Below, piece after piece: positions 37,702 through 48,771 of a stretch of 64,000 nt of DNA (position 1 is its first letter; each line of letters opens with the position of its first letter). A program made the position numbers and the translations under genes. Origin of the DNA: Oikopleura dioica (taxonomy: Eukaryota; Animalia; Chordata); contig OU015569.1 in NCBI GenBank assembly GCA_907165135.1, positions 10,540,001-10,604,000 on the forward strand. Reading direction: 5' to 3'. Under the pieces are notes generated by a model. That model worked only from the letters and a program-made list of their open reading frames with translations, made no database searches and was not told the origin of the DNA.

Positions 37702-38136
37702 ATGAGCTCAAAAGTCTACATCGGCAACCTGGGCAGGGACCCCTTGCCCGAGAGCGACCTCGAGGAAGAGTTCGAAGATTTCGGACCGATCAAAGAAATA
37801 TTTGTTGCGCGTAATCCACCGGGCTTTGCGTATATAGGTACTGAACAAAGTTCTTCTACTTCTTTTAACGTCGCTAGATTTCATGTCCGAAAAAGACGCG
37901 AAGCAGGCAGTGCGCGAAATGAGCGGCAAGAAAAGATCTGCGGGCGCAGGTATGTGAGGGTCGAGATCTCCCACAAGTCGAGAAACAGGAGACAGAGAAA
38001 GAGAAGCATCAGCCCGGAGACGTACAGAAAGTATGGATCTCGAACGCCGTCTCCGGAGCTGCGCGAAGAGTCCAGATCCCGCTCCAGATCTCCGATCAGA
38101 GTCAAACCTTTGCCACGGGTTCAGCTAATAGATTAA
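37702..38136 (+). CDS. SRSF3/SRSF7-like SR protein with an apparent frameshift at ~37930
   Basis: KVYIGNL, FVARNPPGFAYI|DF...DAKQAVREMSGK, then ICGRRYVRVEIS and RS dipeptides in another frame. Could be an assembly error or a pseudogene. Confidence 0.75.
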   Translation: MSSKVYIGNLGRDPLPESDLEEEFEDFGPIKEIFVARNPPGFAYIGTEQSSSTSFNVARFHVRKRREAGSARNERQEKICGRRYVRVEISHKSRNRRQRKRSISPETYRKYGSRTPSPELREESRSRSRSPIRVKPLPRVQLID

Positions 38137-38146
38137 TCATTTGGAA

Positions 38147-38517
38147 ATGAGCGAGTCCATAGTGTTAAACCCTGAAAAGAAACCAAACAAGCCAAGAAAG
38201 AAGACTAAAAAGGAAAAGAAAGAAGAGCCCGCACGAAAGGCCTCGACCGACAGCGTGACGACTTCCAACTCGGAAGACGCCTTCGAAGTCGCCGTGGCAA
38301 AGGCGCTCGTCAAATCTGAGCCTGAGCGGGCTAAAAAGAGGTACAATCGCTGCCTCTTCTTTTCGATTTTTGATCAGTGTGTTTTAGGCGACCAAAGTCC
38401 AAAATCCAAAAAGTGTCCAAGAATTCCGAGTACCAGAATTATCGGATCACGATGGACATCACGCCGTTCAAGATCGAAGACAATGATGACGATCACGTCA
38501 TGGAAGAAGTCGACTGA
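38147..38517 (+). CDS. Small Lys-rich two-exon protein, or a 3' extension of the SR gene
   Basis: MSESIVLNPEKKPNKPRKK... joined by a GT-AG intron (~38341-38387) to RRPKSKIQK...HVMEEVD*. Starts only 10 nt after the SR-gene stop. Confidence 0.55.
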
Positions 38518-38648
38518 AATTATTTTTGGCTTTCTGTCTGTGTGTTTTGAAACACTGCCTTTTTTAACGTGACTACGACGCTAACAGAAGCATTTCGCGA
38601 TCTAAAAACAACGCGCGAAATGAAGAAGAGTTTATTTTTGCAAAAGAA

Positions 38649-40402
38649 CTATTTGCATGCAGGAGCAACTTTTGAAATGGAGATATTTTTCAACTTCGAA
38701 TTCGGTGGAAATTTTTCCTTTTCGAAAATATACTTACAATCGCCTCCGATGTCTTGTCGTCGAAAGCGTGGTAAATTACTGAAACGATTTTGGTGTTGAT
38801 AGTTCGAGATTTCGAGTTTCTTACGAATAGAGATGTTGGAGCTTAAATTAATGAGAAATGAAGCCAGATGGATTTTTCGATCGCTGCCCTGAATTTTTAA
38901 AAAATTACTGCTTCCAGAAAACGTAGCGAGTTTTGCACCATTGTGGTCTTGGTCGCGTACTGAGCAAGGATGACGAGCCAGGGCGTATTCTATTTTTGAG
39001 ACCTCAAAAAAAGGCACAAATTACATTTGATCGAATTTATGAGTCCCTTCCAAAAGGACTGTTGAGGCAAGGAATGTTGAAGAAAGCTGGATGTGTTTCT
39101 TTCCTCTGTTGCGAATGAAAACGGGGAAGATCAAAACGACCAGAAAAACGAAGCAAAAGTAAAAGATAAACGGCAGTTTGACGAACTGATCCATGTTCGC
39201 CCAAATGTGCGGGTCGATGTTGATAACCAACGGAGAAGTGAGGGCGTAGTAGATGTGGCATTGCCAGCGAGTGTGTCTTTTCGGTCTTGAGAGAGCATCG
39301 GAAAATAAAAACTCCTTGAAAGTTCAAGCGCTTCCTAAAAGGCCAAATGCTGATGATAAAGCACAACACCCACATGAGTCCGACAATGATCCGGGAGTCC
39401 TCTCTTCGGAACTTTTTCTTGTAGTAGTTTGGCGAAACGCAGGCGACATAAGAATCAAGCACCATTGAAATTATCAGGAATACGGAGACGATGCGAGAGA
39501 GGAAGACTTCAAATTGCGTTTTAAAACAAAGATAGCTCGTATTTTTTCCTTTTTAGTTTTAAAACAAACATAAAACAGCGAAAAAACAGTTCTCCGCAGT
39601 TTCCCAAAGACAAAGATGGCCCCGAAGTACAAGATAATTTTTCATAAGAATATGTGGTAGGCAAAGCACGCCATAAATAAAGTCTAAAGGAGCTTTAAAA
39701 AGGGACTTTTTAAAAAGAACTACCTGCAATGGCCATTGAAAATTTGATAAAGTTGCGGCTGTCGATCGGATTTACCTGGCTTACTCTCATTGTTGCAAAG
39801 AGAAGGACTTTTCTGAGGATTACGAGAAGGAACGATTAGTTGAGAATAAACTGATTAACTTTCAATCCCTAGCTACACTGACTACACACGTGATCAAGCA
39901 AGTGATGGAAAGGTAGAGCATGTAAGAAAGCGTTTCTAGTGGAATGGATCCGTCGCTCGGTGTTTCATACGTCCACCAAAAGCTCTGGTGAACATGATGT
40001 CCTCCGTTCATATCTTTGAGCATTTGATTTACATCTATGTTCCTACAGATATGAACAGTACTTGAATGAAGAGCTGCGCTAACCTGACTTCTTGCAAAAT
40101 ACTAACGACATTCATTTCAAAGTTTTTCGAAGCCTCTCTCGCCATCGTCAATAAAAATATATTGGTTTTAGTTAAGCTTTCTCTTTTTATACTGATTCGG
40201 CATTTTATAATCACGCTCATGAATACTTTAACTTCGACGCGATTCGTGCTGACAGTTTCTCGTCGCGCGCTCCTAAGCCGTTCCTTCCGCGTTCTCCCTT
40301 ATTGCTTCTCTTGGTACTGTAATACAAGGCTCTTCCTTGATCCCAACCGTCGTAGATGACAATCTTGGTTCGTTCGGTACTTGTGTCAAAAATTGTTTTC
40401 AT
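38649..40402 (-). CDS. Divergent class A (rhodopsin-like) GPCR; both ends approximate
   Basis: TM2 FSMAIA|DFIYGVLCLP, TM3 Cys (GHLC) and ISMVLDSYVACVSP (DRY to DSY), TM4 IVGLMWVLCFIISIWPF, ECL2 QCHIY, TM5 LPFIFYFCFVFLVVLIFP. Confidence 0.8.
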
Positions 40403-40449
40403 TCAAAGCTTGTTATTGTCCGCAGTTCAAAGATTCGTATTAGAGTAAA

Positions 40450-41771
40450 ATGGCTTTGCAATTTGAGTCCTATGACGGAGGCAACTTCATGGGAAATCTA
40501 TACATGGTAAGTGAAGACAGTTTATTAACTTTTATCAAAAAATCAAATAGAATATGCTTGTTGGAACTGCGGCTGAAGCTCTTGAAGCTGGTGATTTCAA
40601 TGAAGTTGATAGGTAAATATTTTTTATTACTAAAACACAGGTGATAATTAAATAGGGTAACTTCAATCATGTTGAAAGGAGATATTTCTTATCATGTGGC
40701 ATACAAATTGAAAGGAATTGCATTCCAGCGGATGAAGAGGGAGCTTGATGCTTTGGTCACGTTTGAGGACTGTCTCAAATACCATCCAGGGCCGGAATGA
40801 TAAGATTAAAAGATCCTCAATGATTTTCAATTATAAATTCCTAAAGAAGAAGACGATGAGCTGTGGGCGCTTCTTAATAAAAGTAGAATTGAAATAGCAT
40901 CAAGCGAAATGTTGGAGATGTTCATGAAGGACGAGCGTGTGAGAAAATACTACCAAGACCCAGTATTTTTGTTTACGAAAGGGCTGAAGTTTATTGCTGG
41001 TTGCAGAGCGAGTAACATTCGATCAATTGACGTTCCTATCTTCTCTAATTGTCGAAAATATGAGTTATCTCTTTCAGCATGAAGATTATCAAATATGGCG
41101 AGACACCACAGAAGTTATGCTGGGACGAAAACTGCCGGAGTTCAAGCGAGGCCAAGATATAATTGAAGAATTCGAACGGCTTTTTCAGGTAAGCTCCTAC
41201 TTTAATTCAGGTTAAACTGGTAGAACCCGTAGGACATAAACAACAGGAACATCGAAAGACGAATCGGCAACGCGTTTTTCAAAGCTCAACGGTATCAATA
41301 CGCAATCAAAAAGTACGAGGACGCGATTAAACATTTTGATGGTACGGATATCGCCGTGTACAATAACATCGCCATGTGCTACTACAAACTTGGACAGACA
41401 GAAGACGCCAGCAACAATTTCGATAAATGTCGAACAAAATGCATCAAGGTAAAATCCATTTACTAATCTCCTTTATGTCTTTAGGCACTTGTGATCGGAC
41501 AACAACACGGAGCTCAAAAGAAGGACATCTCTAAAGCAATGGCGAGAATCGGAATGTGCTACGAATGCGAAAAAGATTACGAAAAAGGTTTTGTTTCAAG
41601 AAATGCAATTTTGACATTGAATTCCAAATTAAGCCATTGAATGGTTTGAGAAGTCTGTTGCAGAACACCCGGACAAACATGTCAGCATTAATCTCGCGAA
41701 GGTGAGCGTGGCAGATTCAGTAAATTTAGTAAAAGTCAATATTTTAGCTCAAGAAACAGCATCAAAAATGA
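40450..41771 (+). CDS. Truncated HOP/STIP1-like TPR co-chaperone (TPR1, DP-like, TPR2A)
   Basis: AYKLKGIAFQRM TPR, EMFMKDERVRKYYQDP DP-like segment, IGNAFFKAQRYQYAIKKY, and ISKAMARIGMCYECEKDYEK|AIEWFEKSVAEH resembling HOP TPR2A. Stop follows shortly after. Confidence 0.7.
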
Positions 41772-42703
41772 AGGTCTACTAAACTTATATATTTCTTTCC
41801 CGTTCAATTATTATTTCGAATAAAACCAGAATTACTGATAAAGGCGTCTTGTTATCCCTTTGTTAATTATCAAAGAAGCCTGAAGGCCACCTGCTTCGTC
41901 AGGAAGTTCATCCTATCGTCATCGCGCGTTGAATTGAAGCAAGTTCTAAAGGCGAAATAGCGCTGCGGTGGCCTTGGTCTTTCGTCCTTCGCCAACTGTG
42001 ACAAATGCGTCAAACCGATAAAAAAGCATTCGAATAAATTGTCGACTGCGCAACTTCGGGCGAAGCGCCAGTCCCGCGCTATTTATTCTTTGGTGCCGCG
42101 AATGTCCAAGGAAGGGATTAACCGCTCTGAATCGCTCTAAATTAAACGTGCACTTTGTTTTTAAGTTAAAAAAAGAGGCTAAAAAGGAAAACATTCTCTA
42201 GAACACGGGATCCCATCTTTGTGTTTTTCACTTTTTGTCATTAGTCTCCAACGCTAGTTAGGAGAAAGGAGGGTCCGAAAGCGCAAGAATTACAGGTAAT
42301 TTCACGTTTTTTTTTGTGAATAAATTTTAACCCGGAGAATTTTCAGATCTCGAGGTCAAAGATCGCGAAATCGAGCTCCAAAGAGGAACTCAAAAGAGGG
42401 GCTCGGGTTCAATATCATCCTGGAAAGGACCGACAGAAAAAAGACAAGTCGAAAAAGTCCAAGAAAAGAAAAGCGAGGAAGTAATCCACGATCTGTCTCT
42501 CTCAAACCTGAATAAAATCAATTTCATCTATATTTTTTCAAATTTTGGAAAGATCTGAGGAAAAGTTTTCTAATTCAAAAGACTTTCCAAAATTCTCTTG
42601 ATTCTTTCTTTATTTCTGCATTGTTACTAGTAGTAGATGAGCTCTGCCGAAAGAAAATCGGTATAGTTCCCGGTTTTCCGCCGAAAAGGGGATGAAAAAA
42701 GTT

Positions 42704-42775
42704 TGCTGTAACCAGGATTCGAACCTGGGTTGTCACGGCCACAACGTGAAGTACTAACCACTATACGATTACAGC
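42704..42775 (-). tRNA. tRNA-His (GUG)
   Basis: GCTGTAATCGTATAGTGGTTAGTACTTCACGTTGTGGCCGTGACAACCCAGGTTCGAATCCTGGTTACAGCA: 72 nt, full cloverleaf, A and B boxes, T6 terminator at 42695-42700. Confidence 0.97.
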
Positions 42776-42783
42776 GGGGTATA

Positions 42784-42855
42784 TAGCAGAGGGAGGTTTC
42801 GATCCTCCGACCTCTGGGTTATGGGCCCAGCACGCTTCCGCTGCGCCACTCTGCT
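42784..42855 (-). tRNA. Initiator tRNA-Met (CAU)
   Basis: AGCAGAGTGGCGCAGCGGAAGCGTGCTGGGCCCATAACCCAGAGGTCGGAGGATCGAAACCTCCCTCTGCTA: A1-U72 pair, three G-C anticodon-stem pairs and A54, all eukaryotic iMet hallmarks. Confidence 0.98.
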
Positions 42856-44188
42856 GGAAGCGAAGGCGCAAAATTGACGATATGAAGTAAACCTACATAC
42901 GTTGCAATTTCCTGCAAAAAAAGAAGAAAGAAACAAGAGAGAATTTTGGAAAGTCTTTTGAATCAGAAAACTGTTCGTCAGATCTTTCCAAAATTTGAAA
43001 AAATAAAGGTGAAATTGATTTTATTCAGGTTGGGGAGAGACAGATCGTGGATTACTTCCTCGCTTTTCTTTTCTTGGACTTTTTCGACTTGTCTTTTTTC
43101 TGTCGGTCCTTTCCAGGATAATATTGAACCCGAGCCCCTCTTTTGAGTTCCTCTTTGGAGCTCGATTTCGCGATCTTTGACCTCCAAGATCTGAAAGTTA
43201 TACGGATTAAAACTTATTAACAAAAAAACGTGAAATTACCTGTAATTCTGGCGCTTTCGGACCCTCCTTTCTCCTAACTAGCGTTGGAGACTAATGAAAA
43301 AAGTGAAAAACATGAAGATGGGATCCCGTGTTCTAGAGATTCCATCACGTGATTCCGAAAGTAGAAAAAGGAAAAAGGAATAAAGATTCTGGAACATTCG
43401 AAAGGTGTTATCAATTTCTGAAATTGCTGAGTTTTGTGTTCGGCCTTACTCTAACCAACCGCTGTGGTATTTCGCCCGCCTCAATAGAGCCCATGATGAC
43501 GAGAGGATGAACTTCTCGAGTCACTCTAGCGCGGCGGCGAGCGTTTTTGAAGTGACGAGTTGAGGGATCGGCGGCTAACGGGGTTACTTGCATTCAGAAA
43601 TTTCGCCAAAGAGAAAAATCGGCTCACGAAAGTTCGAGCGTTTTTTCCTATTTCCGTGGAACTGGCGAGGCGCTAATCAGCGAAAATAGCGCGACCCAGC
43701 CACAAACATTTTCTAAAGCGATCAGCCAAACTTGATTCTTCGCGGAAGGAAATGAGGGTACACACAATGGCAATACGACGAAACACAAGTTACAGTAGTT
43801 GATCTTCATTATCGAAGCAGAGTTCAAAGAGCTTCAAAACTAGGCGGCTTTGCGGCTCTCACGTCCTCGAAACATGGTCGAAATTTCAAGAGAAGCTTGT
43901 TTCTTGAACAACTTGGCCTTGAATTATGTCAACTTACGCTCTATCATAAATACGAGTCAACGATCCTAGCGCAACTTTAAAACGGGCTTCTCGCCAGGCT
44001 GTGAACTCGGGGATCGAAAGAGGATCAGCTCAAGAAGCATGACCAAAAAAGAACCCTTCTCCTCCATAATCTTATTTTCTGCGACGTAGATGGCATATAA
44101 TACTTTCTTTTTTCCTTTTTTTTGACGCTTTTAGCCTCTGAAATACTGTAGAAGCGAGACTCTTAGATGGTGTCATTGACAATGGAAA

Positions 44189-44798
44189 ATGAAAGTACCA
44201 TTTTGGTGCCCTGACGATGAAGTTGATCCTTGCGGAGCAACAGAACAGCTCAATCTCACGGGAAAATACCCCGACTACTTGCTGGTCTCCAAATTTTATC
44301 AAAAGTCAAGAGTTGATGAAGACCACGCAGAATCAGACTTGGCGATTGCGAATGATAAAGTCAAAAGGATGAAGAAAAAACTAAATGAAGCAGAAAAGGC
44401 TCTCACGAAGGCAAAGGCAAGTGTCAAGGCAAAGAAACAATGGCGCAAAAAAGTTCAAGGAAGGCTCGTTTATGTGGTACAAAATTTGGTTGAAAATGAA
44501 AGTGAATCAGAAGACGGTAAGGATGAAGGAAATCTTCAACAAAAGCAGTTTAATAAGCTTTTCAGACTCCTCAGATGATGATGAGCCCCCGGAAAAGAAG
44601 GCGAAGAATGATGATGGGAACGAAAAGTCTCCATGCAAGGTCTGCTTCTTCCACTTCGACGACGAGCGCCCAGAAGCCTCCCTCACTTCCTGCGGACACA
44701 AGGCTTGCGTCCCCTGTCTCGATGCTCTCCAGCCGAAGACATGCCCAATCTGCCGTAAGGAATTCACTGAGGAGCAGATTCTCAAGCTTTTCGACTGA
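44189..44798 (+). CDS. Coiled-coil plus C-terminal RING-HC (C3HC4) protein
   Basis: Two exons joined by a GT-AG intron (~44518-44567). CKVC...TSCGHKACVPC...TCPICRKEF..EQILKLFD*. Confidence 0.85.
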
Positions 44799-45478
44799 CC
44801 GTTACCCTTCTCGTCTCCTACCAATAGAAATTTTGCACAATGTTCCGAGCCACTCTCGTCGAACAAATTTAAAAATAAATGAAAAAACAGACTTAAAATC
44901 TTATTTATTGCAGTTGATTTTGCAGCAAGCAGATTGAATTTGTCAAAAACAAATTTTCCATGTTTCCCACCACGTTTTTTTTAACAAAATCATCCTTTTT
45001 CTCACCTCAATTGAACTGGACTACGGAATCTAAGGTGATCTTTCTCGAAGCTCTAAGTTCCTAAAAGTCGTTTTCCTGCGTCTAATTGCATAAATCAGAA
45101 GATATTGAATGTTCCTGGCGCAGGAGGGCGGTTTGACCTTTCTTATCGGAATATTTCAAGCTGAGCGCGTCCATTCTCGTTCGTTTATCCAATTTAAGTA
45201 AAATCCGTCCCTCTGTGGTTTTCTTGCGGCGAGAGAACGAGACTGGAGTAGTGCGCCGCTGTGTGGCGCAGTGAAAAATATAATCAACCGTCCGGTGATT
45301 GGAGCCAAAAGAGCTGATTGAGTTAGCTTCTTCGGCTCGTCTTAAAAGAGAGCGCGCTCAGGAAGACACCACAGAGAATCATCTTATAGCGAAGGCTGAG
45401 AAAGCCAGTCGAAAAGATAGAAGAAAGCGGTGAACCTACAAAAATTAGCAATAGAAGATAGAGCAGAAAATCTAAAAC

Positions 45479-48400
45479 ATGAAGCTTTTCAATCCGTTGG
45501 TTTTACCGACGCTGATCGGTATACAAGCAGATTCATCGGTAAGCCTCCATAGTTTGATTTTTATTCTTCATTCTCCCGTCTTAGGTCGAAAATGAAGGCC
45601 ACAATGCGATCAACGCGCCTTACGAAGAGTCTGTCAAAATGTACGACGCTTTTGTTGCCAACTCGGCAAAAGCGTTTCTCAAATCTTCAAAACCAGGCAG
45701 CAAGCTTGAATTTACAGCGAAAAAGGGGATTTCGTTGCCAACGATGTTTATGGCTCGCGAGTTGAAGGAATCGGTTTGCGCTGATACCCAGCTAGTCCCT
45801 GAAGACACTTGCCCAGATGTCCGCTCACAACGGTAAATTGAAGTTTCAATAACTATCATTTTTTTATTGCACATTTTAGTTACCCAACAGTAGATGGCAG
45901 TTGCAACAATCGAATCGACATCAGCCGCGGAAAAGCTTTCCGCCCACTGAAGAGACTCGTTCCAGTACAGTATGATGACGGATTTGGCAGTATCCGAAGA
46001 AGTGTCTCTGGAGTAGATCTTCCATTAGCTCGTGAAGTCTCAAATGTGATCCAAAATCCAACTCCGTCCAAGGATGCCAAAGTCAATCACATGTTCACCC
46101 AGTGGGGGCAGTACATCGTTCACGATCTCGTCCACACGCCAGTGGTCGTCACTCCAGAGGGTGATCTTGACTGTAATTGTGAGAACCCCGCTGCCGAATG
46201 CATCAACATCCCAATCCCAGAAGACGACACTCAGTTCCTCAACGGCAACAAAACGTGTTTCTCGCTACCGCGCTCTATTCCAACGCCAAACTCAAAATGT
46301 CAGTTTTTCAACCGCGAGCAGATCAACCAGTTGAGCAGTTTCATCGATGCGACAACCGTTTACGGCGTAGATGACGAGCTTTTGTCTGATCTTCGAGATC
46401 CAGAGTCGGATGCAGGCGAGTTGAAGGTCAACACGAAATATAGCGGTGACTTCCACGGAGCGAATTTGCCTGCCGCATCTGATATGGAGAAATCAAAGAA
46501 GAAACCACGCTGTCCGGCAGCTCTTAATGTCGGAATGGAGTCCTGTCCTTTCGCTGGTGATAGAAGAGTCAACGAGAATGCGGGTTTGGTAGGAATGCAC
46601 ACGATCTTCCTCAGAGAACACAATCGAGTCGCCCGAGAGTTGAAGAAGGTCAACCCCGAGTGGAGCTCTGACACGATCTTCGAGGAGACACGGTTGATCA
46701 TCAACGCCATGCACCAGCTGATCACATACAAAGAGTACCTCCCTATTCTCCTCGGACCCAAGTTCGTCGACCGTTACGACTTAGGAATCACTCCCAATGG
46801 CTATTACTATGGTTACGATGCAACAATCGACGCGACAATTTCCAATGTATTCACGACCGCTGCCTTCCGATTTGGCCACAGTATGATTAACGATGAGTTC
46901 TCACGCTTTTCCGCCGACTGGGCTGACCTTGAAGGGACATTGCCACTTAGAAACTCGCAGTTCAACCCTGGTTCGTACCTCAACGATACCTCAAACTTGC
47001 TCAATCCAATCCTCCGAGGTTTGATGGAAGATCCCTCCTTCGCCATGGAAACTACTTTCCCAGACTCGATGCGAAATTTCCTCTTTGCGCAAGGAGACAA
47101 ATTTGGCAAGGATTTGCTCGCCATTAACATCCAGCGTGGACGAGAACACGGTTTAGGCACTTACAACGACTACCGTACATTCTTCGGTATGCAGCGTGCC
47201 CGTGACTTCAGCGAACTCAAGGAAATCCCGTACGAAATGCGAGAACGACTTCGATCCGTCTATGCTCACGTTGACGACATCGATGTCTATGTTGGAGGCC
47301 TTGCAGAAACGCACGTAGAAGGTGGACTTGTAGGACCGACTTTCGCACACATCATGGCTCTTCAGTTCCGGGAGCTCAAGGCTGGTGACCGATTCTACTT
47401 TGAACATGGCGCTTGCGAGACGATCTTTACCCCTCTTCAGCTAGATGAGCTGCGTAAATTCACCCTCTCTCACTTGATTTGTTCCTGCACTGATACCGAG
47501 TCCATCCAAAAGAATCCCTTTTTCGCCGTTTCCGAAGAGAACCCTCGAATTTCATGCGATGACGAGTTTTTCAAACTCGATTTGTCAGCATGGAAAGAAT
47601 CATTTGTTCACACTAAGTCGCACGAGGGCTTCATGGACACTGGAAAGTGGTCTGAATGGTTCCCACCAGTTTCTAAGCCAAAATCGCTCGACCTCGACGT
47701 CATCAACAAAGAACGTCCGGACGATGTTTGCCTAAACTCGATCGCTTCCGAACTTCGATTTGTCAATGACCAGCCTCAAATCCGATTTATTTGTCCCGCT
47801 GGCGAAATTTTATCTAATGACTTTCCCCCAGCCTGCATGGACCGGGGCAGATGGACCAGCTGGTTCGACCACTCCAATCCAAGCGGACACGACGGCGACG
47901 ACATTGAGGAACTTCGTGTTCTTAATCGAGAACGTCCTGGTGAAATCTGCGACAATCCACTTTTTATGCAGGTTACACTCGGCAATTATTTTTCTCAAAA
48001 ACTAACAAAACCTTATTCAAGGCTCAATCAACGGATGAAATTCCAGCTCGCGAAACTGGCGACGTTTTTGCCGTGTTCGATCCCCGACGAGGTCTCATCT
48101 GCCGCGGCGCCCATCAAGTCGACAAGAAATGTCACGATTACAGAGTCAGATTCTTCTGTCCTGAGGGATCGATTGAGCCGCCTTCCTCTCTTTCAAAGGA
48201 TCTGGAGGATGCAATCAACGAAGAATTCCTCGCCTGGACCGAGTGGTTCTCCGCTGATGAGCCGGACGAAAGTGGTGACATCGAATATCTTGTGGTAAGT
48301 TTCATTGTTTATCTTCTCAATAATGATAATCACTTATGCAGGCCGCACGGGAAATGATGCCAAGCATTTGCATCCATCCTCATGCGATCGAAGCTCGAGC

Positions 48401-48771
48401 CATTAGCGACAAGAAGCCTGCCCACGAAACTGGCGATGTTTTCAAAGTCTTCAATAAAGACAAGGGATTAGTCTGCCAAAATACCGACCAGGTGAGCATT
48501 GAGTGATTCTGTCTAAAATATATATCGTTCTCAGAGCGACGGCAAATGCGACGACTATCAAGTTCGATACTTGTGTCCCGCTTACGAAAACGACATGGAG
48601 GACTACTTTGAAGAGTTTGAGAGTATGAACTCTGAAGCGTTTAATCAATACCGAGTCGATGCAGGTAACTCTCCCGCCAAGAATTTGGCGCGCAAGCTCT
48701 GTCACGAGCACGACCTCTGCTGCAATGACGAACTTGGCGTATTGCGAGGCATGTCGTTTAGCGGAATCTAA
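45479..48771 (+). CDS. Secreted animal heme peroxidase fused to C-terminal mucin-type WxxW Cys domains
   Basis: Signal peptide, YPTVDGSCNN, QWGQYIVHD (distal His), LSSFIDAT, GDRRVNE, TAAFRFGHS (proximal His), NIQRGREHG. Then WSEWF (partial), WTSWFDHSNPSG..CHDYRVRFFCP and WTEWFSADEP..CDDYQVRYLCP. Confidence 0.93.

Larger units (their letters stand above)
42192..43364. mobile_element. Candidate non-autonomous foldback/Pack-type element: long inverted arms around two tRNA genes
   Basis: Arms 42195-~42620 and ~42912-43355 are reverse complements at high identity, flanked by the direct repeat AAAAAGGAAAA (42181-42191, 43365-43375). No transposase. The inverted repeat is seen directly; mobility is inferred. 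Confidence 0.5.

Noticed and set aside
43400-44180. Short open frames between the foldback element and the RING gene
   Set aside because: No consistent exon chain or recognisable domain.
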